The notes under the pieces are model-generated. The model saw only the letters and a list, made by a program, of their open reading frames with translations. It was not told the DNA's origin and did not search any database. 10,047 nucleotides of DNA from a virus (taxonomy: Duplodnaviria > Heunggongvirae > Uroviricota > Caudoviricetes), in IMG/VR virus record IMGVR_UViG_2706794662_000010. One strand, 5' to 3'. The translations under genes and the position numbers were made by a program. Numbering within the stretch: the first letter of the stretch is position 1; each line of letters opens with the position of its first letter. Positions 1 to 6,327 of the stretch are shown in pieces.

Positions 1-311
1 GCACCGCCGTTGCCGCGAATAGACTCGCCACCCCAAGAAATATTAATGGGGTTCCCTTTGACGGGACGCAGGACATAAACATCACTTCTGGTATAACACA
101 GCAGGATGCGGATTCCCGATATATCCAGGATATCAGGCTGGGAGCAGAGAACAGGCAGGTAATGTACGGTGGGGCATATTACTCTGCGTACGGTAATGTT
201 ATGGCAGGCCTGCAGATTGACAGTAAAGTTGATGCTTCAAACGATTTTATAGCATTCAGACCCCTGCAAAAATTAGTCGGAGGTACATGGATTACGGTAT
301 CTCAGTTATAA
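1..311 (+). CDS. Tail fibre protein, C-terminal (variable) part; 5' end lies upstream of the window
   Basis: Open frame 3..311 (stop TAA 309-311) with no start in window. Translation ends ...YGGAYYSAYGNVMAGLQIDSKVDASNDFIAFRPLQKLVGGTWITVSQL. It sits directly upstream of a tail-fibre assembly gene, and its C-terminal motif (RPLQ.L..G.W.T) recurs in the inverted cassette at 916-1058. Confidence 0.6.
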   Translation, partial: TAVAANRLATPRNINGVPFDGTQDINITSGITQQDADSRYIQDIRLGAENRQVMYGGAYYSAYGNVMAGLQIDSKVDASNDFIAFRPLQKLVGGTWITVSQL

Positions 312-362
312 ATAGTCAGTAAATAATATATTTTAAAACAGATTTATTTCCAGGAGGATTTT

Positions 363-884
363 ATGGAACTAAAAAATATAACCCGTTATTATCCTGAAAA
401 TATGCCATATGGTAATAATGTTCAGTATTTCCAGAGTGAAGATGGTAAGGATTTCTACGAATCCCTGCCATTATTCACCAAAAAATATAAACTTTGCATA
501 ACACCTGACAGCGGCGTTATCTGCTCAATATCACAGGACGCCTCGGCGCTGTATCCTGCGGGGTTTTCTGTGGTTGAGGTCGATGAACTCCCTGAAGGCA
601 CGGATATTTCAGGAAACTGGAAGTTTGATAATGGCATAATCTCCCGTATTCCGGTTAACTACGCAAGAAAACTGGAAGCAATGCGCCAGTCATATCTTAA
701 TCAGGCATATGAAAAAATTAATGACTGGAGAACGGAGCTACAACTGGGCACCATCAGCGATGAAGACAGAGCAGCACTTACCCAATGGATGGCATACATC
801 AGTCAGGTGAAGAAAATGGAACTACCCGCCATTAAAACAGAAGCTGAATTTAACGCCATTAAATGGCCTGAGCAGCCACAGTAA
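363..884 (+). CDS. tfa: Tail fibre assembly chaperone (Tfa / Mu U-like)
   Basis: 173-aa ORF with AGGAGG RBS at 351-356, 6 nt before the ATG. C-terminal region (...DEDRAALTQWMAYISQVKKMELPAIKTEAEFNAIKWPEQPQ) resembles the conserved C-terminus of phage tail-fibre assembly proteins, and it lies immediately 3' of a fibre gene. Confidence 0.75.
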   Translation: MELKNITRYYPENMPYGNNVQYFQSEDGKDFYESLPLFTKKYKLCITPDSGVICSISQDASALYPAGFSVVEVDELPEGTDISGNWKFDNGIISRIPVNYARKLEAMRQSYLNQAYEKINDWRTELQLGTISDEDRAALTQWMAYISQVKKMELPAIKTEAEFNAIKWPEQPQ

Positions 885-887
885 TAA

Positions 888-907
888 AGAAGGCCGGAAG
901 GCCTTCT
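888..907. terminator. Perfect hairpin AGAAGGCC-GGAA-GGCCTTCT between convergent genes; likely bidirectional terminator
   Basis: 8-bp GC-rich stem with 4-nt loop, 3 nt after the tfa stop and 9 nt before the stop of the minus-strand fibre cassette; flanked by A/T-rich sequence on both sides. Confidence 0.5.
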
Positions 908-915
908 GAATATCA

Positions 916-1058
916 TTATATACTTGCAGCCGTCACCCATGCTCCATTTAACAGATACTGCAACGGCCGGTAATACACGCCGCCGACGTTATCTGCCGTA
1001 TTCTTACCGACATCCTGTACTTTAATTCCGGTAAGAACATTGCCGCCCCCCAGATTCA
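916..1058 (-). CDS. Alternative tail-fibre C-terminal cassette (S'-like), inverted relative to the upstream fibre gene; 5' part runs into the N-run
   Basis: Minus-strand frame ending at stop 916-918 encodes ...NLGGGNVLTGIKVQDVGKNTADNVGGVYYRPLQYLLNGAWVTAASI. This shares the terminal motif YRPLQyLlnGaWvT with the plus-strand fibre end (FRPLQKLVGGTWIT). Maximum size is about 118 codons before the invertase start region. Confidence 0.55.
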
Positions 1059-1326
1059 NNNNNNNNNNNNNNNNNNNNNNNNNNNNNNNNNNNNNNNNNN
1101 NNNNNNNNNNNNNNNNNNNNNNNNNNNNNNNNNNNNNNNNNNNNNNNNNNNNNNNNNNNNNNNNNNNNNNNNNNNNNNNNNNNNNNNNNNNNNNNNNNNN
1201 NNNNNNNNNNNNNNNNNNNNNNNNNNNNNNNNNNNNNNNNNNNNNNNNNNNNNNNNNNNNNNNNNNNNNNNNNNNNNNNNNNNNNNNNNNNNNNNNNNNN
1301 NNNNNNNNNNNNNNNNNNNNNNNNNN
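1059..1326. other. Run of 268 N (masked or unsequenced bases)
   Basis: Directly visible in the sequence. It covers the 5' part of the inverted fibre cassette, the expected invertase promoter and crossover site, and the invertase N-terminus. Confidence 1.
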
Positions 1327-1850
1327 TACAAAGAAATGCGCTGGAATGTGCAGGATGTGAGCTGTTTTTCGAAGACAGAATAAGCGGTAAGACAAGGGAG
1401 CGTCCCGGACTTAAACGCGCATTAAAGCGACTCCGGCCAGGGGATACCCTGCTGGTCTGGAAACTGGATCGCCTTGGACGCAGTATGCAGCACCTTGTCC
1501 TTTTAACAGAAGAACTCCGGCAACGCGGCGTTAACTTCCGCAGCATTACGGACAATATTGATACATCCACTCCCATGGGACGTTTCTTTTTCCATATAAT
1601 GGGCGCGCTGGCGGAAATGGAGCGGGAACTCATTATTGAACGTACACGCGCGGGTCTTGCTGCTGCCCGTGCTCAGGGGCGTCATGGCGGCAGACCTCAG
1701 AAACTGACAGAGAAAGAGCGGGAGCAAATCGCCCGTTTGCTGGCTAATGGCGAGTCCCGTAAACAAATCGCACTGATATTTGATATTGGCCTTTCCACCC
1801 TTTATCGTTATTTTCCTGCCTCACCAGCTCCGTCACCAAAAGTACCGTGA
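1327..1850 (+). CDS. Serine DNA invertase, Gin/Pin/Cin/Hin family (visible C-terminal ~173 codons; start masked, estimated near 1278)
   Basis: Frame beginning at 1329 reads QRNALECAGCELFFEDRISGKTRERPGLKRALKRLRPGDTLLVWKLDRLGRSMQHLVLLTEELRQRGVNFRSITDNIDTSTPMGRFFFHIMGALAEMERELIIERTRAGLAAARAQGRHGGRPQKLTEKEREQIARLLANGESRKQIALIFDIGLSTLYRYF..., stop 1848-1850. Shows the resolvase/invertase core (DRLGRS, MGRFFFH, GALAEMEREL) and a C-terminal HTH; near-colinear with Gin/Pin as recalled. Confidence 0.9.
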
Positions 1851-1935
1851 CGCTTTTTTGAATTTCCGCAAAACACATATTTTTCAGCGGTCGCTATTCT
1901 GACTCTGTTTAATTCAGAAACAGGCAGAAAAGACG

Positions 1936-3990
1936 ATGTCAGACTCCAAGTGGAAAATGCTCTCCGCCATGCCCGGAGAGTTTTCAGTCAAGGTTGCCGG
2001 TGGCACGGTGGCATTTATTGAAAGCCCTTTCCGCCCTTCGGGTAATAAAGGGGGGATCACCTTCGCAGACTGCGTGATCCGCTTCAGCACGAAAGAGCCA
2101 TTATGGGTAATGCCGGTATCCGGTAATCCCAGTGCAGAAATCACCAGTTCAGGCGTGACTGGCATCATTCCAATCACATCTGACGTGGCCGGAACGCTCA
2201 CGCCCTCCGACTGGAATGCACCGGATAACGCCGGGCCTTCCGGTAGCACGAATGGCAGCAGTTCAGAGCCGGAATATTACTTTGTTGTCATTCTCGCGGG
2301 TCAGTCAAATGGCATGGCCTACGGCGAGGGGCTGCCGTTACCGGATTCGTTTGACCGCCCGGACCCACGCATTAAGCAACTGGCACGCCGCAGTACGGTA
2401 ACGCCCAACGGTACGTCGTGTACATACAACGACATCATTCCGGCAGACCACTGCCTGCATGATGTTCAGGATATGAGCGGGATAAACCACCCGAAAGCTG
2501 ATCTGGCAAAAGGCCAGTACGGGACTGTCGGTCAGGGGTTGCATATTGCCAAAAAACTGCTTCCCTATATCCCACAGAATGCCGGGATACTTCTGGTGCC
2601 CTGTTGTCGTGGCGGGTCAGCATTCACCACTGGAGCCGACGGCTCATTCAGTGAGGCCAGCGGTGCTTCCGCTGATTCTTCACGCTGGGGGGCCGGTAAA
2701 CCTCTGTATCAGGACCTGGTAAGCCGCACCAAAGTCGCGCTGGCGAAAAACCCGAAAAACAAACTTCTGGCTGTGGTCTGGATGCAGGGAGAGGCAGACC
2801 TTGCCTCAGGAAGCCAGCAGCATAATAGTTTATTCACGGCCATGGTTCAGCAGTTCAGAACTGACCTGGCTCCGCTTGCTGCGCAGTGCGTGAGTGGAAA
2901 TGCCACCACGGTGCCGTGGATTTGCGGTGATACCACGTATTACTGGAAAAACGCTGGCACCGATAAATATGAGGCAGTATACGGTGGCTACAAAGGCAAG
3001 GAAGCACAGAAAATTTTCTTTGTACCGTTCCTGACGGATGAGAATGGACAGAGCACGCCAACGAATGCTCCGGCGGAAGACCCGGATATTGTGGCTGTCG
3101 GGTATTACGGTGCAGCATCCCGAACCCAGGGCAGTTTTGTTTCGACACAGCGTGACAGCCATTTCAGCTCATGGGCACGCAGGGGCGTCATTTCAGACCG
3201 TCTGGCCTCAGCTATTATGCTCCATGCAGGGCGCACGGCTGAACTGATGCGCGGGCAGACCGTGACACCACCGGATGAGAAGCCGTCACCTGATACACCA
3301 TCAAAACCGTCCACGCCACCCGCAGACACCACGACGATGAGTACGCTATTTGCTTACCGGGCATCTGAGTCTGAAGGACGGTTGACACCACAGGGTTGGG
3401 CTGCCGGAGGTGGCAAGGCTCAAATCGTGGATGATGCCGGAGCCAGCGGGGGTAAGGCAATGAAACTGACCAAGGAAACAGGAAGAGCCCCCTGGTACCT
3501 TGAGCATGATGCTGGTAATGGTGCGGACCTGCTGGGTAAAGGTGGTCTTGTCAGTTGTCGTTTTAAACTCGATGGCGCGCTTACGGCTAATCAGTACGCA
3601 CTGGCGCTGTACTGGCCGGTTTCTGCCCTGCCGCAAGGGGTTACTCTGGAAGGAAATGCCGGTCATAACCTGCTGGCATCGTTCTACGTACAGAGCGATG
3701 CCACAGACCTTAACGTGATGTATCACAAAGGAAACACGGCGCAGAACACGAAGCTGGGGTCATTCGGCGCATTTAATAACGAATGGCATACGCTGGGCTT
3801 CCGTTTTGCCGGTAACAACAGTATTGAGGTGACGCCGGTCATTGATGGTAAGGACGGGACACCATTCATGCTGTCGCAGTCTCCGGTCGGCACGTTTACG
3901 GCAGACAAGTTGCGCGTGACCGATATCACTAAAAATGCGACTTACCCGGTACTGATTGACAGTATCGTGGTGGAAGTGAATAACGCGTAA
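1936..3990 (+). CDS. SASA/SGNH-family carbohydrate O-acetylesterase with Pro/Thr linker and C-terminal lectin-like domain (prophage NanS-p-like sialate O-acetylesterase candidate)
   Basis: 684-aa uninterrupted ORF. Contains the GQSN motif (codons 2299-2310, candidate catalytic Ser at 2305-2307) and a downstream WMQGEAD block typical of the SASA/DUF303 esterase family. A TPPDEKPSPDTPSKPSTPPADTTT linker lies at about 3262-3335, followed by a ~215-aa beta-rich domain. No signal peptide. Weak RBS; ATG at 1957 is an alternative start. Confidence 0.65.
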   Translation: MSDSKWKMLSAMPGEFSVKVAGGTVAFIESPFRPSGNKGGITFADCVIRFSTKEPLWVMPVSGNPSAEITSSGVTGIIPITSDVAGTLTPSDWNAPDNAGPSGSTNGSSSEPEYYFVVILAGQSNGMAYGEGLPLPDSFDRPDPRIKQLARRSTVTPNGTSCTYNDIIPADHCLHDVQDMSGINHPKADLAKGQYGTVGQGLHIAKKLLPYIPQNAGILLVPCCRGGSAFTTGADGSFSEASGASADSSRWGAGKPLYQDLVSRTKVALAKNPKNKLLAVVWMQGEADLASGSQQHNSLFTAMVQQFRTDLAPLAAQCVSGNATTVPWICGDTTYYWKNAGTDKYEAVYGGYKGKEAQKIFFVPFLTDENGQSTPTNAPAEDPDIVAVGYYGAASRTQGSFVSTQRDSHFSSWARRGVISDRLASAIMLHAGRTAELMRGQTVTPPDEKPSPDTPSKPSTPPADTTTMSTLFAYRASESEGRLTPQGWAAGGGKAQIVDDAGASGGKAMKLTKETGRAPWYLEHDAGNGADLLGKGGLVSCRFKLDGALTANQYALALYWPVSALPQGVTLEGNAGHNLLASFYVQSDATDLNVMYHKGNTAQNTKLGSFGAFNNEWHTLGFRFAGNNSIEVTPVIDGKDGTPFMLSQSPVGTFTADKLRVTDITKNATYPVLIDSIVVEVNNA

Positions 3991-4005
3991 GCAGGATAAA
4001 AAAAT

Positions 4006-4038
4006 GCCGCCGGTAAGGGAAAACAAGAAACCGGCGGC
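4006..4038. terminator. Hairpin GCCGCCGGT-(15 nt)-ACCGGCGGC flanked by A-tracts; possible terminator, orientation ambiguous
   Basis: 9-bp GC stem 16 nt after the esterase stop. The plus strand has A-runs on both sides, so the minus strand has U-tracts; it would be more efficient for minus-strand transcripts. Confidence 0.35.
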
Positions 4039-4134
4039 AAAAAGATCGTTATATCCAAAGCAAAAAATGCAGTGCACCTTTTTACCTAACAGATATTACC
4101 GGTGTCAACACCATGTCAATAATTGGGAGGGATA

Positions 4135-4317
4135 ATGACATTTTTACAGCTTATTTTATTGTATTTCTGCACGGCAGTATGTGCGTTATATCTGGTGAGT
4201 GGTGGTTATAAGGCCATCAGAAATTATGTTCGCCGCAAAATTGAGGACGCAGCAGCTGAAAAACTCAGTAAAACAGCGCAGGTAACTCCGCTCCCAAAAG
4301 ACCCGACCCAGCCCTGA
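4135..4317 (+). CDS. Small membrane protein (one predicted N-terminal TM helix, charged C-terminal tail), unknown function
   Basis: ATG at 4135 preceded by GGGAGG (4125-4130). MTFLQLILLYFCTAVCALYLVSGGYKAIRNYVRRK... has a hydrophobic N-terminus followed by a basic stretch. The track ORF from TTG 4123 has no RBS. Confidence 0.5.
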   Translation: MTFLQLILLYFCTAVCALYLVSGGYKAIRNYVRRKIEDAAAEKLSKTAQVTPLPKDPTQP

Positions 4318-4352
4318 TTGCAGGGCTTTATTCCCGCATAAGGAGGATATAC

Positions 4353-4607
4353 ATGCCAGAAATTAAAGGCACCGTCACTGAAGACCTGGTAAAACAGGCA
4401 CTGTATTCCGGTGAAGTAAATAAGTTGCTGAAAGCGCAGGTCCGCAAGGATTTTGAGGCACAAATCGACACTTACGTTGATGAAGTGCTGGCAAAACTTA
4501 TTGGGCCAGCAGTTGCGGCCAGTGATGCTGATAATGAGCCGAAAACCGACGCGCAGCCAGAGCAACCAGACCCGGCTCAGCCCGGAACTGACAGTACCAT
4601 GATGTAA
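4353..4607 (+). CDS. Small acidic protein (84 aa), unknown function
   Basis: Strong RBS AGGAGG (4341-4346) 6 nt before the ATG. About 16 acidic versus 8 basic residues, with a Pro/Gln/Asp-rich C-terminus. Followed by a hairpin at 4613-4640. Confidence 0.6.
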   Translation: MPEIKGTVTEDLVKQALYSGEVNKLLKAQVRKDFEAQIDTYVDEVLAKLIGPAVAASDADNEPKTDAQPEQPDPAQPGTDSTMM

Positions 4608-4612
4608 CAATA

Positions 4613-4640
4613 CAAACCGGTGGTGTCCTCTGCCGGTTTG
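4613..4640. terminator. Hairpin CAAACCGG-(12 nt)-CCGGTTTG downstream of the small acidic ORF; weak candidate terminator
   Basis: 8-bp stem 6 nt after the stop codon at 4605-4607; no clear U-tract. Confidence 0.3.
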
Positions 4641-4774
4641 ACACTAATGAAAACATCTTTGCCGCTATCCAGCCATATGTAATCGCTGGATAGTATTTCG
4701 TATTCAGAAATATAGCTGCTTATGGAGCAGTCAATCCTGCTTCCCCATCCGGGCAGGCAAATGAACCGGTATCA

Positions 4775-5068
4775 TTAGTCCGATTCACGCTTTTGTAGAA
4801 TCGTTCCCAGAATGCTATACAGCTCATTAGCCTGTTGCTCCATCATTGAGACGGAGGCTATACGGTGCAAAGTGATTTCAGGAGGTGGCACACCTCCATC
4901 TTCTTGCTGTGGAGGAAAAACATAAGATTTAATAAAAAAGTTGAAGCATATGAACTCTCCCGCACTCGAACTGTATTTGCAGGCATCTGAATAATCGGAA
5001 AAATAATCATTATAGATTTCCGCATTTTCAATCATTTTTCGATTTCTCGTCGTTACATGATTGTCCAT
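4775..5068 (-). CDS. Hypothetical protein (97 aa), divergently transcribed from com-mom
   Basis: Minus-strand ORF with AAGAGG RBS 5 nt upstream of the ATG (complement of 5074-5079). No recognisable family. Upstream is a 250-bp AT-rich intergenic region shared with the com promoter region. Confidence 0.5.
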   Translation of the reverse strand: MDNHVTTRNRKMIENAEIYNDYFSDYSDACKYSSSAGEFICFNFFIKSYVFPPQQEDGGVPPPEITLHRIASVSMMEQQANELYSILGTILQKRESD

Positions 5069-5256
5069 AGCAGCCTCTTACGCTGGCAATTAACCAATTG
5101 ACTTCTATAAATTAGTTGATTTGTTTGCTTTGCGGTATTCAAATGTACAATCATTCAGCACTTATGCGTTACAGCACCGTTTAAAATTAGTGATCAAACT
5201 CATAAATTTTCGCTAATGACATTTCGTGTTATTTGTTGTATCAATTAAATAAATCA

Positions 5257-5281
5257 AATCGATCGTTTTTGTCGATCGATT
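5257..5281. promoter_or_regulatory. Palindrome AATCGATCG-TTTTTGT-CGATCGATT carrying two GATC (Dam) sites upstream of com; candidate methylation-sensitive operator
   Basis: Perfect 9-bp inverted repeat with 7-nt spacer; GATC at 5261-5264 and 5274-5277, each inside a CGATCG hexamer; 44 bp upstream of the com start. Mu mom transcription is known to be controlled through clustered Dam sites upstream of com-mom. Confidence 0.4.
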
Positions 5282-5324
5282 GAGTGATAAAGATATCAAC
5301 AACAAAGCAGGAGGTTATGCGGCC

Positions 5325-5525
5325 ATGTATCGAAACATACGGTGCCGACATTGTAACAAGCTACTGGCACGAGCCAGCTTCAGTTATCTGGAAGTTAAAT
5401 GTCCGCGCTGTAAAACCCTCAATCAAATCACATCTCAGAGCGCCACAGAGCACCCCACATACACAAGGAAATCCTGTCGTGGGGAACAGAAAGCAAGTTA
5501 CATCCCGTATCATCAGCACGCCTGA
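5325..5525 (+). CDS. com: Com-like zinc-finger translational activator of mom
   Basis: ATG 5325 with AGGAGG (5309-5314) upstream. [35 protein letters not shown]... matches the Mu Com pattern IRCxxCNKLL...CPRCK (CxxC...CxxC finger) as recalled. Small (66 aa) and overlaps the next ORF in another frame, as in Mu. Confidence 0.8.
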   Translation: MYRNIRCRHCNKLLARASFSYLEVKCPRCKTLNQITSQSATEHPTYTRKSCRGEQKASYIPYHQHA

Positions 5526-6216
5526 ACTTATTCACTATAACGACAATATCGTCGGTTATGGCTCCCGTGAGTTACGGGTTGAGACAATAAGTTGCTGGCT
5601 GGCCCGGCTGGTCGTCGTCAATAAACATTACAGCCATCGTTTCGTAAATAATTCCTACCTTCATCTGGGCATATTTTCAGAACGGGAGCTGGTTGGCGTA
5701 ATGCAATGGGGTTATGCCCTTAATCCAAACAATGGTGCACGCGTCGTAACTGGCACGCAGAACCGCGAATATATGGAGCTTAACCGGTTATGGCTGCATG
5801 ACTGTATGCCGAGAAACTCCGAATCAAGGGCAATCAGTTACGCGCTCAAACTAATCAGACAACTTTATCCGCAGGTGCAGTGGGTTCAGTCGTTTGCAGA
5901 TGAGCGTTGTGGCTGTCTTGGTGTCGTGTACCAGGCAAGCAATTTTGATTATGTAGGCAGTCATGAAACAACATTCTATGAACTTGATGGCGAGTGGTAT
6001 CACGAGATTTGCAAGAATGCAATCAAACGAGGAGGACAGCGAGGTGAACATCTGCGGACTAATATCGACAGAGCCAGTGTTCATAAATTCCGTCAGTTTC
6101 GTTACATCCGGTTTCTGGACAAGAGAGCCAGAAAACGCCTTAACACAAAGCTATTCAAAGTCCAGCCTTACCCAAAACCACAAACAGTTAAAACTGGTTT
6201 GAAAGAGAGTGAATGA
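5479..6216 (+). CDS. mom: Mom-like DNA-modification protein (anti-restriction adenine modification); start codon uncertain
   Basis: Long ORF in the +1 frame relative to com, overlapping the com 3' end. Candidate GTG start at 5479 with AAGGA 9 nt upstream, giving about 245 aa. Assignment rests on the com coupling and the Mu-like gene order invertase-com-mom; the body was not matched to Mom from memory. Confidence 0.6.
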   Translation: MGNRKQVTSRIISTPELIHYNDNIVGYGSRELRVETISCWLARLVVVNKHYSHRFVNNSYLHLGIFSERELVGVMQWGYALNPNNGARVVTGTQNREYMELNRLWLHDCMPRNSESRAISYALKLIRQLYPQVQWVQSFADERCGCLGVVYQASNFDYVGSHETTFYELDGEWYHEICKNAIKRGGQRGEHLRTNIDRASVHKFRQFRYIRFLDKRARKRLNTKLFKVQPYPKPQTVKTGLKESE

Positions 6217-6252
6217 ACGCTTAAAAACTCATTCTAAAACTCAAAAGAAAAG

Positions 6253-6292
6253 CGCCGATTTAGTATCAAATAAGTTGCGTATCGGCGTTTTT
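6253..6292 (+). terminator. Candidate terminator after mom: CGCCGAT-(21 nt)-ATCGGCG followed by TTTTT
   Basis: 7-bp inverted repeat 6253-6259 / 6281-6287 followed by T5 (6288-6292); the loop is unusually long. Confidence 0.35.
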
Positions 6293-6295
6293 CAG

Positions 6296-6327
6296 CGGTA
6301 TCAAATGAAATGCAAATCGGTATCAAA
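6296..6327. repeat. Two exact direct copies of CGGTATCAAA 22 bp apart, plus a third GTATCAAA at 6263-6270, at the module boundary
   Basis: Exact 10-mers at 6296-6305 and 6318-6327, between the mom stop and the point where H homology ends. Possible transposase or recombinase binding iterons. Confidence 0.5.

Noticed and set aside
1-311. Search for a gix/hix-like crossover site (AAACC-N-GGTTT dyad) at the start of the visible fibre sequence
   Set aside because: No convincing dyad found by eye; the left site is probably upstream of the window and the right one inside the N-run.
916-1633. Track ORFs that traverse the first N-run (916-1395 -, 1022-1633 -, 1040-1360 +, 1056-1331 -)
   Set aside because: Apparent length comes from translating N as X; only the flanking real sequence was interpreted (fibre cassette end and invertase).
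1503-1766. 87-aa minus-strand ORF
   Set aside because: Antisense to the invertase coding sequence.
1859-1887. Possible sigma70 promoter (TTGAAT ... TTTTCA) upstream of the esterase gene
   Set aside because: The -10 element is poor and spacing ambiguous; not supportable without transcript data.
2216-3929. Multiple short ORFs on both strands inside 1936-3990
   Set aside because: Nested within or antisense to the 684-aa esterase ORF, which has family motifs; none has independent support.
4224-4610. 128-aa minus-strand ORF
   Set aside because: Antisense to two plus-strand small ORFs that each have a strong RBS; no RBS of its own.
5284-6216. 310-aa ORF starting at GTG 5284 (or ATG 5317)
   Set aside because: That start lies inside the GATC palindrome with no usable RBS (AGGAGG is only 2 nt before ATG 5317). 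The Com-like zinc finger in the other frame uses that RBS, so the upstream part is read-through and the Mom-like CDS probably starts near 5479.
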